NCBI RefSeq assembly: GCF_001194135.2
Contig: NC_068983.1
Coordinates: 83,610,421 to 83,674,420, forward strand
Source: Octopus bimaculoides
Lineage: Eukaryota
Direction of reading: 5' to 3'
Length of the DNA stretch: 64,000 nt
In this document: positions 23,550-36,868 of the stretch, one piece after another
Layout of the letters: each line of letters begins with the position of its first letter
How positions within the stretch are numbered: the stretch's first letter is position 1
The notes under the pieces: model-generated
The model's input: only the letters and a program-made list of their open reading frames with translations
What the model was told of the DNA's origin: nothing
The model's database searches: none
Position numbers and translations under genes: made by a program

Positions 23550-25316
23550 CTGACACACAATTCGCGTTAGCTTAATGAAAATGAATACGCCAAATGAAGA
23601 GAAAAATATAAGGGCAGAATCGAATGTTTCAAGTTATGCTCTTTCCCAAAGAGAAGTAAAAGCATTAAAAGTGGAAGAGAAAAAGAAAAACGCGCGATAC
23701 CAAATTGACTATATTTATAAACACTGTAAAAAAGGGGGAAATTTTATAAAGTTTGAAGCTAAATTCAGTTAGTGGTATGGTTTGTCTCCTGTGCTATGAT
23801 TGCCCTTTTACAAATACTCTCCATCGTTTCTCTGCGTTGCCTCTTCTCGATTTTGTTTACTCTTCCGTACGAGAACGGGCAGTTGTTGACTAGTTGTCTT
23901 GTTCCAATGTCTTAGAGCAATTTAAAGAACCTAATGTTCTAAATTCTGTGTATTTGTCTCATTTAATGCTTCTCGTTTTCAATCAAGCAGCTAATAATAT
24001 TTACCCAATGTGTTGTGCATGCTATCACAAATTTATTATGAAGCATATATAAGTAAACGTTTACGTAAGAAACACAATCCCCCCCAACCATCCCTTGGAA
24101 AATCCTTGCAACCTAATCTGAGCAGAAGACAATTTCTCTTCAAAATAAGATTCTTCTTCTAAACGTCGTTTCGAAATATTGGAATACTACGGTATGTTTG
24201 CATAACACACACATAGATGTGAGCGTCTATACTTAGATGCAGATATAAAATTATGCATGCAACTGTACAAGTATACCTCTATGTCTATTTATGCATGCAA
24301 GTATGTGTATGTATACATACATATATCTTTATACATATATACATACACATATCGGTACATACGTACATACAGAGAGACAGATATATATATATATATATGA
24401 ACACCTCAATCATTTCTTTGGTAGAACTATCTGAAAAGTTTAATGGATGTGCTTTGTTAAGTACTGAGATTTCATTATGGCTATTCATTTCTAGAATGTA
24501 CAGAATTCTATAAGGATACTATGTTAACCTTTCAGAATATTTAGTTCTTTCACTGAAAGATATTTCTAAAATACACTGCAAAATAACAGTTTTCCTTTCG
24601 CTAAGACCTATGTGCAACCGATTGCATACTGTCGCTGTCAAAATATGATCTTTATATTATGAAAAATGTGGGTAGATATAGAGGAACAATATAAGAGAAA
24701 TGGAAAAAATACTCAGAAATATTTCATTGAAGAAATATTCTCATTCATAATAAATATATCAATAAATATATAAAAATATGCAGAAATAAATGTGTCAGAA
24801 ACAAAATTAAACGTCTTTTTCTTGGTTGAAATATTTTCTGATCCAAACATATCTTTTTTTGTTGTCCACGAAAGATAGGTAAATTGAGATGTGTTATAAG
24901 TGTTATATTACTTCTAGTAATCATTATGATGATGAAATCCGTTCTTAATGTGGCCATGTCGTTTTGTATTTGTTCCTAAAAACGGGCCATATTAGCCGAT
25001 GTTCTTCATAATTTTCGGCGAGAATTGCGATTTACATATTTGTGTTCTAGCACTATGATACTAGGATTTGGAATAACCTCATACAGATTACTCACGTTGT
25101 TCTATATTCACAGACACACGCTACACACGCACACAACGCACACACTGTACTACTCATACACTCACACATATATATATATATACCTATATATGCACACAGA
25201 CACACACACACACACACACATATCTATCTATATATATATTATATATTATATATTCACAGATATGAATACCTACACATAAAGATATGCTTATACACCTTTA
25301 TGCGAATATACATATA

Positions 25317-25353
<37 letters not shown>

Positions 25354-25525
25354 GCACACACACACACATATATGCATTCACTCATATATTCATGCGCAAA
25401 CATATGTACATGCATATACACCATACACATTAGGAAAAAAATCATATCAGATTGTCTCTCATTTATCAGATGAGATATTTGATAAAGTGTATTATAGGAA
25501 AATAGATATTATAAAGTATACTTGC

Positions 25526-25560
25526 CTCTCTGTTTCTGATAATTCTTGGCTATCGGCCAT
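25526..25560 (-). CDS. Candidate first coding exon MADSQELSETE(R) with possible GC donor
   Basis: AAAATGG start context; AG|gcaagt matches the GC-AG donor consensus; phase 2 compatible with 23549. Confidence 0.25.
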
Positions 25561-26004
25561 TTTATGAGTACAATTTTCACACAATTTTCTAGATCACAAT
25601 AAAACAAGGATTTTCTCTTGCTAAACTCTTTTACCTTTACTTCTCGTTTACAAGTTTCAACAGCATCTGTAATCCTTGTTTCTGTGAAATTTCACAACCA
25701 CAGTCTTCACAGCTATATTAGAGAAGCTTCTTATTTATTAGGCGTGTTATAAAAGAAATTAACACAAATATGAAAAAAAATAAATAGATAAATAGACTAT
25801 GGTGTTCAAATATGATTTTCAGATAAAAGGATCTGATTTTTTTTTTTTTATGTAATATGTTTATTGATTAAGTTATGAAGAACATGGAGGTTTTGGAGTA
25901 TGTTACAACCAAGTAGGTTATAAACAAAGTAGTAATCTAAAATAAAATGCTGGACACCAGTTCAATTCTATTTGGCCAAGAAGAGTTATTTTTATTAAAC
26001 TTCA

Positions 26005-26037
26005 ATGGTTGGAGATTTACATGAACAGGAAATACAG
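26005..26037 (+). CDS. Candidate exon of the compact + cluster (MVGDLHEQEIQ; another frame is also open)
   Basis: CAG|gtaatc donor, 96-nt intron to the next acceptor. Confidence 0.35.
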
Positions 26038-26133
26038 GTAATCATTAAAAAAAAATTAAATTAAAAATGGCAGAGATAGACAGAGTTATGTTCCTTAATA
26101 ATTTGTGCAACATAATTTCTGCTATAATTTCAG

Positions 26134-26192
26134 AGACATTTTGCTCGATACAAAAACGTCCATGAGCTTCAGAGGTTCTTGTACTCAGTGAG
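26134..26192 (+). CDS. Candidate exon (RHFARYKNVHELQRFLYSV, or DILLDTKTSMSFRGSCT with donor at 26187)
   Basis: ctataatttcag acceptor; gtgagg or gtagct donors. Confidence 0.45.
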
Positions 26193-26335
26193 GTAGCTGA
26201 TCCTGGCATCTTAGTGGCTTTCTAACTGCTCATATTGCAAGAAATATTCTACATAACTCATGGCTCATCACATGTAAAAATCATAAATTAATCTAACTTG
26301 TTATTGATCATTGTCTTGGAATTGAATGATGCAAG

Positions 26336-26388
26336 AATAAAAGAAATGGTGATCAACAAGGAAGTTAAGCAAGAATGGACCAGAGGTT
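26336..26388 (+). CDS. Candidate exon (IKEMVINKEVKQEWTRG)
   Basis: gtgagt donor; phase 2 to 1 bridges the flanking exons; acceptor modest. Confidence 0.4.
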
Positions 26389-26570
26389 GTGAGTAGATTT
26401 CAGTCTGTCAAAAAAATTTAAAAAAAGAATTTCCTCTGAGACTTTGAGCGACATACTAAACAAATGACTATCATTCAAGTACCACTGTGGAGGGTTTTAA
26501 TATGTCACTTTATTGCATTGTTTATCATAAATGTCACACTGCACTGTTTTTTTTTTGTTTTTTTTTACAG

Positions 26571-26631
26571 ATGCCATCTTGTTCTACTCTCCTACTCTAA
26601 GAGCAACATCTCATGTTGACATTGCTGTCAG
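26571..26631 (+). CDS. Exon (AILFYSPTLRATSHVDIAV)
   Basis: Very strong poly-T-acag acceptor, CAG|gtaatc donor, one frame open across the exon. Confidence 0.6.
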
Positions 26632-27444
26632 GTAATCCAAAAATCTAATATCAATGTCAATAAATACTTCTTAATAGTTTCCATTTTGCTTAATGCCATC
26701 AGTCCTTGTATCAAGCAAAATAGCTCTAAAGTTAAGGTTTTCAAACTGACTACTTAGTCATGATTTCAAACCATATAACAGCAGTCTTTGTCAAGAAACA
26801 ACTCTGTTTGCCTCAGCAAATTCTATTTTTATTTTGTAGTTAAATGATTAGAAGTCAATGACTTATGTAATGATATTTTTTTTTTTTTTTTAGTATAGAT
26901 TATTGTTACATTGTGAAATGGTGGTTGTAAACAGTTTAAAAAATAAAATTAAATAAATTTTAAATTAAACAAAATTAATAAAATAAAATACAAGTTATAA
27001 ATCCTATAATATTATTAAAGTGAGTAAATTGGCAAGCAGGCAGAATCATGAGTACATTGGACAAACTGCTTAGCATTCTGAGTTCAAATTCTGCCAAGGT
27101 GGACTTTGCCTTTCATACTTTTGGGGTTGATAAAATAAAATAAGTATTGAGTACTGGGATCAATGTAATCAGCTATTCTCTTCCTTGAAAACTGCTGACC
27201 TTATGCCAAAATTTTAAACCGTTATGAAAGTTATTACTAAAATTATCATAACTACAGTATTCATAAATGATTTCTTTATTATGCACATGACCAGATAATT
27301 TTAAATAAAAATAAAAAAGAGGTTGTGTTTTGTCTAGATTTGTATTTTAATAAATGAAGTCATTTCAACAAAGATTTAGAATAAAACATAAACCTAGATT
27401 CAATGTTTTATAAAATATATTTGTGAAATTATTATCTTTTGCAG

Positions 27445-27481
27445 GCAAACAAAACACTATCAAGTTGCAATTGGTCACTGA
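27445..27481 (+). CDS. Candidate terminal coding exon (RQTKHYQVAIGH*)
   Basis: atcttttgcag acceptor; phase 2 compatible with 26631. Confidence 0.3.
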
Positions 27482-27819
27482 AAATATTGATACTTCATAA
27501 AATAAATCTAAATCTAAAATGAATTTAACAACTTTACATGTTTTTGAATGGCCTTTCCATGATGTAGGAGCTTCAGTTTCAACATAGTTTTAGCTTAAGT
27601 CATTTGCTAGACAAGAATGACTTCAACATTTCAAGAGTTTTAGCCACGTTGCAAAAACTCTGAGGAATGCTGTTATATTTTGCCTAAGTCTAGATTACAT
27701 TTTGTAAGAATTTATTCCCAAGTTATTAGTTCAAGGTTCAGCCTCAAAGTACAAAATATTATATTTAGAAGATCATATACATATTCATATTCTTTACTCA
27801 TTTTTTTTTCTTTGCCTAG

Positions 27820-27889
27820 TTGCTTCACATAACAAGAGGGAATAAAAGCATTGCTCATGGCCTTTTTATAGGATCCCTGAGACTGGCAG
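27820..27889 (+). CDS. Candidate exon (LLHITRGNKSIAHGLFIGSLRLA)
   Basis: tttttttttctttgcctag acceptor, CAG|gtgaaa donor, one open frame. Confidence 0.3.
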
Positions 27890-28037
27890 GTGAAAGAAAA
27901 GAAGAAACTATGACTCAAGGGTTGCTGAAGTCAGAAGTGGCACATCAAGATGTTTAGAAATCATTCCCCAGACTGGACCGAATTCTCACACCATAGTTAA
28001 TACCACTAACAACCACCAAGGCTCAGGCATTCATATT

Positions 28038-28272
28038 TAATTCTTTATTGCCCACAAGGGGCTAAACCTAGAGGGGACAAACAAGGACAGGCAAAGGGAC
28101 TAAGTCGATTATATCGACCCCAGTGTGTAACTAGTACTTATTTAATCGACCCTCAAAAGGCTGAAACGCAAAGTCGACCTCGGCGGAATTTGAACTCAGA
28201 ACGTAGCAGCAGACGAAATACCGTTAAGTATTGCGCCTGGTGTGCTAACGATTCTGCCAGCTCGCCGCCTTC
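28038..28272 (-). mobile_element. Young Meta-SINE-like copy
   Basis: CpG-retaining copy of the GACTTTGC(C/G)TTTCA family with a GGGCAATAAAGAA tail on the - strand. Confidence 0.8.
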
Positions 28273-29459
28273 AGACATTCATATTAAGCTGAAAGAAAGA
28301 GTAAATCTACAGGAAATCTTCAGTGTTTTTTCTTCTAAGGGTTTTATTGTATAAATATAAAATATGAAAATATATTTGAGTGTTCTTTCCATACACTGAA
28401 AAACGGTTATAGTTATTGCTGTTTAATGCTAGATCTACCCTCAAGCAGACCCATGATCAAAGGCAATCCACTCATGAACATCACACATTTTTAAGAATAT
28501 ATGGTAGATACTTCATCAGTCTCAGCAATGAAAATCCAATTAGTTTCCTACCCATGAATTTAAAATGAATGTGACTAAGTATTCCACAGACATATGTACT
28601 TTCAATACAATTCCATGGACAAATCAGTGCAACACAATATGACATGGTCGAATTGTATGTACAATTTTGAGAGAGGGGGAGGAGGAGAGAGAGAGTCAAA
28701 CTAGTTCTTTACTAACTCCAAAAGGATTAAAGGCAAAGTTGATCTTGAGGGATTTGAACTCAGAGCAAAGAAAGTCAGAATGAATATCACAAGGCATTTT
28801 AGTAATGCTCTACTGATTCTGCCAATTGACTACCCTTTAAAGGCATGTGGAGCTATATTATCTATTGTACTCTTAAATAGTTTTAATTAGTATAGTGTGA
28901 TTTAAAAGAGATTAAGCTGCTATTTCTAGCAGATTCAATGAGCACATAGAGGTGCCCACATTGCTTAATCCTCAGTAGTAGTACATACTGGAACTGATTC
29001 TCTAGTTCCTCACCTACAAAGATTAAGTGTTGTTTAGAAACAGATCAGCCAAGATTGAGTCAATCTTCTGATGACAGGCATTCCACCCTCCTTCCTCATA
29101 AATCTGCTAGCCTTGTGATAAAATTTGAAGCAATTAGATTGACGGTGACCAGGGCAAATTGTCAGCACACAAAACAAACTGCTTAAGGGCATTTTGTCTG
29201 TCTTTAAATCCCGACTTCAAATCCCACTGAGATTGATTTTGTCTTTCATCCTCAGTCAAGTACTGAGGTTGATGTAATCGACTGATACCTACCCTACCAA
29301 AATTTCAAGCATTGTGGCTATAGTAGGAAGGATTATTATTGCTATTATTAAGAAGGTAAATTGGTAGAATTGTTAGCATGCCAGACAATGTACTTAGCAG
29401 CATTTCATCCATCTCTCCATTCTGAGTTCAAATTTTGCTGAGATCAACAATGTTCGGTA

Positions 29460-29655
29460 TCCACTGTCTGGTCAGGTGATCACACTGGATCACTGCATCC
29501 CACAGGATTTTGCAATTCTCTTTCTTGGTGACTCCTTCTGGAGTTTTCTCATACTACATCGTTGCTCTTTGTAGGCCGTGATTTCCACAGAGCTCCCAAT
29601 GGACCATTCTTGCCACATTGTCATAGTGTCCTTTGTATTTGCTTTGTCCCAATTT
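29460..29655 (-). mobile_element. R4/Dong-type LINE fragment (CCHC/RLE region)
   Basis: YKGHYDNVARMVHWELCGNHGLQRA..YEKTPEGV...NCKILWDAVIQCDH. Confidence 0.8.
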
Positions 29656-29665
29656 ATTATTATTA

Positions 29666-29696
<31 letters not shown>

Positions 29697-29949
29697 GATT
29701 ATTATTATTATTATTATTATTATAAAAGAGGTGGTGAGCAAGCAGAATTGTTAGCATGTCAGGTAAAGTGCTTAATGGTATTTTGTCAGTCTTTATATTC
29801 TAAGCTCAGATTCCACTGACATCGACTTTGCCTTTCATCCTTTCAGGGCCAATAAAACAAGTACCAGTTGAGCACTGGGATCGATGTAATGGACTTAGCC
29901 CCTGCCTCAAAATTGCTGGCCTTATGCCAAAATTTGAAATCATTATTAC

Positions 29950-30012
<63 letters not shown>

Positions 30013-30257
30013 GGTGATGAGCTCGCAGAATTGTTAGCGCACCGGGCGAAATGCTTAACAGTATTTCATCTACCACTACGTTCTGAGTTCAAATTCCACT
30101 GAAGTTGACTTTGCCTTTCATCCTTTCATGGTCAATAAATTGAGTACCAATTGAGTAATGAGGGTCAATGTAATCGATTATCCCCCTCCCCAAAATTTCA
30201 GGGCTTTTGCCTATGGTAGAAAGGATTATCATCATCATCATTATTATTATTATTATT

Positions 30258-30300
<43 letters not shown>

Positions 30301-30320
30301 ATCATCATCATCATCAAAAT
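29655..30320. repeat. (TAT)n/(CAT)n microsatellites alternating with two SINE copies
   Basis: Direct reading; SINEs at ~29725-29940 and ~30010-30225. Confidence 0.9.
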
Positions 30321-31034
30321 TTATTATTAGTTTGTTCTTTTCCTAAAATCTGTTTTGGAAAAACAGCAAAATCAAATTATAACTTTTTAGATATTTCAAC
30401 ATCTAATAGAAATAGACTTAGGGTTTTTTTTAAGAAAATATACCTCTTAAAGAAAATAACTCAACAACAAATAAATAAAATCTTGTCACAATATATCTGT
30501 AAATATTTCACTGCGATGCTTATGTATTAAGCTTCACTGAACATACCAGAGCGCAACAGTCAGTTCTTAACATTGACTTGATGAAGAAATGAAATGGTTT
30601 TGAAAAGGGGTTTTTTTTTACACCTCTTCCCAGCTCTCACAATTTTTATCACTATAAGATAAAAAAATATAACATTAGGTCTTGTGTTAGATATATATAA
30701 CACTAAAATATAACTAGATATCACTAATGTAAATTTATGGCTTTTTTTTTCTTCATAAACAATAAAGGAGAATGTGATATTATACTTTAAAAGGAGCTTA
30801 ATATGCAATACACAATTACGTATGTATGCTTGCATATATATTGATGCATGCATATGTGTGTGTGTGCTTATATTAGTGATCGCCATCAATTTTCTGCTCT
30901 GTTGGTTTCATTTATCTCTCTTTTATACATGTATTGTGTAAAACAGCAAAAATTTAAATAAAATGAAAGCCAAGTAGGAATGAAAGAAAAAGAAATTGAT
31001 AAAATTAATTATTTTCATTCAATTTCAATAATTC

Positions 31035-31052
31035 CACACATAATGAGGGAGA

Positions 31053-31101
<49 letters not shown>

Positions 31102-31228
31102 CATCAGCATGGCCGCAGCTCTGAGCTGAAACTTTGAAATGAAAATATATATATATATATATATGTATATATGAATGTATGTATATATATATATATATGT
31201 ATGTATGTGTGTATATATATGTGTGTGC

Positions 31229-31270
<42 letters not shown>

Positions 31271-31455
31271 ATATATGTTTATATGTATATGAATATATAT
31301 GTTCATATCCATATACAAATAAACAAACATATATGTATATATATATATATCACACACGCATGTACATACATAAATATCATCATCATCATCATCATCGTTA
31401 TATACATACATAAATATATACATATATATATACATGTGTGTGTGTGTGTGTGTGC
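31035..31455. repeat. Compound (TA)n/(TG)n microsatellite
   Basis: Direct reading. Confidence 0.95.
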
Positions 31456-31814
31456 GTATGATTGTTGTATCTTGCATTGGGTGTTTAATTTTAATGCTAA
31501 GCCATTGCCACCATATTGATCTTTTAGTGTAGTTGTGTCATGATGATAAATAACTTTGCACCATTAATCTTAGTTAAAAGAGAAGATAAAATATACATTA
31601 ACATTAACATCATCATTGTCATCATTATCACCATCGGTATCGTTATCACCATAATTGAAGAAAAGAAATTTTAAAAAAAACATACTAAAAATGCAATATT
31701 TCTTCAATCCTTCTAACAAGACTGAATGTTTACAACTCTATGTTTACCTATGTATTTATCTATATGTAAATGTCTATTTGTTTTATCAAATCTATAAGTT
31801 TCTTCTATAATGGT

Positions 31815-32220
31815 TAGGCATGGCTGTGTGGTTAAGAAGCTCGTTTTGCAACCATGCTGTTTTGAGTTCAGTCTTATTTTGCACCATCTTGGGCAAATGT
31901 CTTTTATTATAGCCCTGGGTTGATCAATACCCTGTGAATGAATTTGATAGATGGAGGCTATGTGGAAGCCCACCATGTGCATGTGTGCCTTTGTGTTTGT
32001 GTGTGTGTTTGCCTTTGTGTGTGTGTGAGAGACATTGTGTTTGTGTATGTGTGCCTTTGTGTTTGGGTTTGTCCTCCGCCCCACCACCACCTGCCAACAG
32101 GTGGTGGTTTGTTTATGTCCCCATAACTTACCCTTCAAGACAGTGCCTCAGCATGGTCTCAGTCCAATGGTCTCAGTTCAATGACTAAAACAAGTAAATG
32201 GTAAAAAATAGAAAAAAAAG
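31815..32220 (+). mobile_element. tRNA-derived SINE with internal (TG)n (family also at 34007, 43282, 48598, 42950(-), 49200(-))
   Basis: GGCTGTGTGGT(T)AAGAAG head, TTGGGCAA(A/G)TGTCTT core, AAACAAGTAAA tail. Confidence 0.8.
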
Positions 32221-34272
32221 AGCTTTGTCTATGACCCTTCACGAAGCCTCCAAGACTATTGGTGGAAGAGTGGTAGGTGTCTTCCAGTCAGTGATCTGGA
32301 CCAAATGCTTGCAACATGGTGGACTCTACTACATGCAGGTACCCAAACTGCAAAATGTTTGTGTTAAAACTGGGCGGCAGATTAAGTCTACCATCCAACT
32401 TGGCGACTGTAGGATATGAACTCAAGAATCCATGAAGTCAAAATAAATATAGCATGGCATTGTTTTTGATGTTCTAATGACTCCACCAGGAAATCCTTGT
32501 AAACTGGTATTCTATTTATCAACTCTGGAAAAATGAAAGGCAAAGTTGACCTTGATGAGATTTGAACTCAGGGCACAAGGAGTCAGAATAAACATTACAA
32601 AGATTTTTTCTCTAACACCCTAATATCTCTACTAAATCACTCTCCTGAATGTTGTCGTTTAGCTCCCGATTTACTTTACTTGAACAGAACCCTGATCAAA
32701 GACTTTTCAGATATGACCATCCTATTTGTTTTTATACCTAGGACTTCATTATCCAATATGCATTTTAAGAAGATTTGATTACTATTTTTAGCAGTTTCAG
32801 CAACCGCACAGAGACTCACCTCTTAGCTGAATGTTATTAATTTTTAACTTCTGGTCAGCCCTAGTTGAACAGGCTAACTGTTTTTAAAGACATTCCAGTC
32901 ATGACCATCACATTTTTTTGCATAGCTATGTTACCCAATGTGAAATTTATGAAAGATTTGGTTACTATTACTAGAAAATCGAACAACCACACCAAAACTC
33001 ACTTGTTGATTGGTATAAATTCAAAAATTAATGAATTAATGATTTTACACTTAATTAAGACATATGACATTATTAAAAGTTTTTAAATATGATAGAAGAG
33101 AAGAAGACTCTTAATGCTGGTGAGAGGGTGGTGATTTAGTTGACGCAAATATGTGACTGATACTAATTTTATCAACTTTAAAAGGAAAAAAAAGTAAAGT
33201 ATATCTCGACAGTATTTGAACTCAGGACATGCAATGACATAGAAAACTACTAAGTGTATTGGTGCTTTCTTACTCACTACAACACCTCAGAGTATATCTG
33301 TCAACCATCGCTCGTCATCATGCAACCAATAGACAATATATGTGGTACACATCTGTGCTGTAGCACAATAACAAAAAATGTATGAAAGATAAAAAGTTGT
33401 GCTGCCAGTGTTTGAATTCATACAAAAACCACCAACCCTAGTACTTTTTTTTTTTTTTCTGTTGATTAATCTGAAAGAAAAGCAATGCTCAATTCTAAGC
33501 TTCTGAGATTAGTGGGAGGAAAGGATGTATTTGTTCTCATGCACTAAAGATTCTGTCAGTCCACTTCTTTAGACTGGAATTTTTATTGACCTCCAGTGAT
33601 GGAAAGTAAAGTTGAATTTGGCAAGAATTGAACTCATGATGCAAGGAATAAGTAAAGCAAAGTATCTTGGACAATGCTCTAAAGACTACACTCATTCACA
33701 ACCTACAAATTCTTTACTTGCTTCTGCCATTCATCTCCTCACAAACTATCCACATCACCTATCATTGGTTCCTCTGTCTCACAACCACTTCCACTTAGTC
33801 AACCAATCACTCTATTCCAATTGTCTTTATTCCACTTTTTTATTTTGCCATCATACAACCAATGAGAAAACACCTCTATAACAGTGAAAGCATATTTGTC
33901 GATTGAGGCAAATTTAAATCACTTTTCTTTGAAAGCGGAATAACTGAAAACTTCCACAAGGCTACTGGTTTGTTTTGTCTATAGGTCTCATTACAGAAAT
34001 TCAACAGGTATGGCTGAGTGGTAAGCTTGCTTCACAACCACATGGTTCTAGGTTCAATCTCACTGTGTGGCACCTTGGGCAAGTGTCTTCTACTATGGCC
34101 TGAGGTCAACCAAAGCCTTCTGAGTGGATTTGGTTGATGGAAACTGAAAAGAAGCCTGTTGTATATGTGTGTGTGTGCATGCGTGTGTGTGTGTCTTTGC
34201 GTCTGTGTCTGTCCCCCCCACCATCACACACACTAACATGCACACTCAACACACACAACACACACACACACG

Positions 34273-34320
<48 letters not shown>

Positions 34321-35960
34321 TGCACAAATATCCCATGTTCATCCATCAGAGTAATGAGGAGCATCTAGCCAGACAATAAGGATGTGTGATGATTGCATGG
34401 TGACTTTGTTTAAAATGAAGAATTGTTGAACCTGTTCCACCGCACTCTCTCTTCAATCCAGTGGCAGGACCAGGTTAGGATGATTGGAGATGGAGACAGA
34501 TGCAGTGGATGACCAAGATATCTTACTTACCCCATCATGCTTTCTACACTCTACAATGTGCTACTGTAAGCATCTTCCCTTTCATCGACCTATAAAGGTT
34601 TCTTCCACAGAATCTGCTAGACCAGTCTTCCCATGCGTTAGTAGGTAAGCCCATACACATATACATACATACACACTTACATACATTCATACACACATAC
34701 ATAAATATATATACATACACACATAAGTATGAAGGACAAACCACATCCCCCATCAAGAAGGCCTATGATGATAAAAGAGGAGTATATACAATTCCCTTTG
34801 TTTAATACAATAAAGACAAAGCATTTTAAACATGTCCAATACCAGTATGGTAAAGAAAGGAAAATATATGGATGTAAATTATTTTGTCTTCTTGTAAATA
34901 AAAAGGTGAAAGGGAAAAAAAAATCCCTTTTTTTTAATGATGGTCCTCATTTTGTGGACTACTGCATTAAATATCTTTCTCAGTGTATATATTTGCATGT
35001 GGCTGTGTACATATTTGTTAATATACATATATTATGTATCATATATTATTTAGTATGTATGATATATTGTCAGGTGTATGAACTTGTTCCATATAACTCA
35101 TACATTTTTTTCAATTACAGCCATTTTATCTAATGTCTCTATTTCTTTTGTAGGATTATATTCCCTCTTAAGTTTCAGGTTTAATGACAACCATCTGCAT
35201 ATGGTTAATTGAACAAAGTAGATATTAATATACAACCTCCATAGTTTGCTTAAGTGCTTCTCAAAAAAAATTAAAATGCATATCACACCTTTTTTAATGT
35301 ATATATATGTACATATAGCAGCTGAAGGTAAAGACAAGCATTTACCTCATACATATTTATATACACACACATACATATATATATATGTATATACATTTAT
35401 ATATATATATATGTGTGTGTGTATGTGATTTTAAATTATCTCTTTACATTAAAATGGAATCCAGGGAAACAAAACCATGTATATCAATGGAATTTTATTG
35501 AAATTAAAACCTCATTCTTTCCAGAATGTTTGATTTTGCATATCTTAAATCTGATTACAAGAGCAAATAAAGAATTAACATCTACTTTCAACTGATAGAA
35601 ATGTAATTTCCTTTTTATTAATCCTTTTAACATATACTGTACCTACAAGTTTTGGATGTCCTCTCATAATTTTAGAAAGTCATAATCATCATCATCATAA
35701 TCATTTAACATCCATTGTGCATGATGGCATGGGTTGGATGGTTTGGTATTTATTTTATCAACCCTGAAAGGATGAAAGGCAAAGTCAACCCTGGTGGAAT
35801 TTGAACTCAAAACGTAAAAAGAAATGAAATTCTGCAAAGCATTTTGCCCAGTGTACTAACAATTCAGCCAGCTCGCAGCCTTTGTTGGGTAAGGCTGGAA
35901 CAATGCAAGAAGATACAAAGTAAACAACAAAAACGAAACAAAATAATGCAAATTTGTAGT

Positions 35961-36080
35961 TTTACCTTATATTTCTATATTTCAGGGCTATGACCTCTTC
36001 TTCAGGACATGTGGAAAAGTGCTTTTCCACATGTCCTGAAAAAGGGGTCATAGCCCTGAAATATAGAGATATAAGGTAAA
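35961..36080. repeat. 120-bp foldback (59-bp arms, 2-nt loop, 3 mismatches)
   Basis: 35961-36019 is the reverse complement of 36022-36080 at 56/59 positions. Confidence 0.95.
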
Positions 36081-36169
36081 GATGCAATAGCTATGGTAGA
36101 ATATTTAAGATTAAACATGATGTGAAGATTCATCAATGCAAATCAAAATGCAAAGAGTACCTAGAGTAA

Positions 36170-36630
36170 TGCAAAACATCTCACTCTGCCCAGAAGCTTA
36201 ATTTGGGGAATATCAGCAGCACTTGTCAGTCAGAGGACCAGGGCAGGGAGGCAAACCACAATGCCCAGAATTTCTCTCCTCAGCTTGCTCAATGCAGAAG
36301 AGGAGTAGATGAACCTGAAAACCCTGAGAGTTTCAAGAAGAAACCACAGCTGAATTTGCCACTGGTGACTGATCCAAGATGGACACAGCTGAACAAGGAC
36401 ATAAACATCAGGACTTAGTCATTGAGTCCTTTGGCAAGGGCTGTCATGCAGCTTCATTCACCATTGAAGTTGGCTACCACAACTTTCCATCTTGATCAGT
36501 GTGTTATTTCCTGCAATAGATAGGTCTCTGAAACCCAGTCAGCTGAAGAGAGCCATCAAGGAAGTAAGCATGGTAGCAGAAACTTGCTCAAGATGGCCAT
36601 GGTTCATAAGAGACCACAAGCCCTGCATGG
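36170..36630 (+). mobile_element. R2-superfamily (HERO-like) LINE C-terminal fossil
   Basis: Degraded CCHC (NLGNISSTCQ..DQGR) and TIEVGY...QLKRAIKEVSMVAETCSRWPW, resembling the PVEVG.RGF...AIK...AE..S.WLW RLE tail. Confidence 0.65.
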
Positions 36631-36837
36631 TTATAGAAGATATTGCGTATCTTGCCTCTCTGTTTAAATGCTATTGGTTAAAAGAGGACTTGAGGTATCA
36701 AGTTTCAAATGCATGAAAGCACAGAATAAGTATTTCTCAATGATCAAAGAGATAAAACTGTTAAATGAAAAACACTGTCTGAAGAATGTGATACTGAATA
36801 GTTAGAAGAGGGAATGGGTGCTGCACAGACATAAGAG

Positions 36838-36868
<31 letters not shown>

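Noticed and set aside
33275-33357. - strand exon with strong acceptor and gtgagt donor
   Set aside because: Stops in all three frames; the WLHDDERWLTDIL frame resembles a LINE tail.
33985-34644. Small + exons 33985-34007 and 34611-34644 bridging the two + clusters
   Set aside because: The first is open in all frames and its donor is a SINE start; the second lies in LINE-like sequence. Kept only as a possibility.
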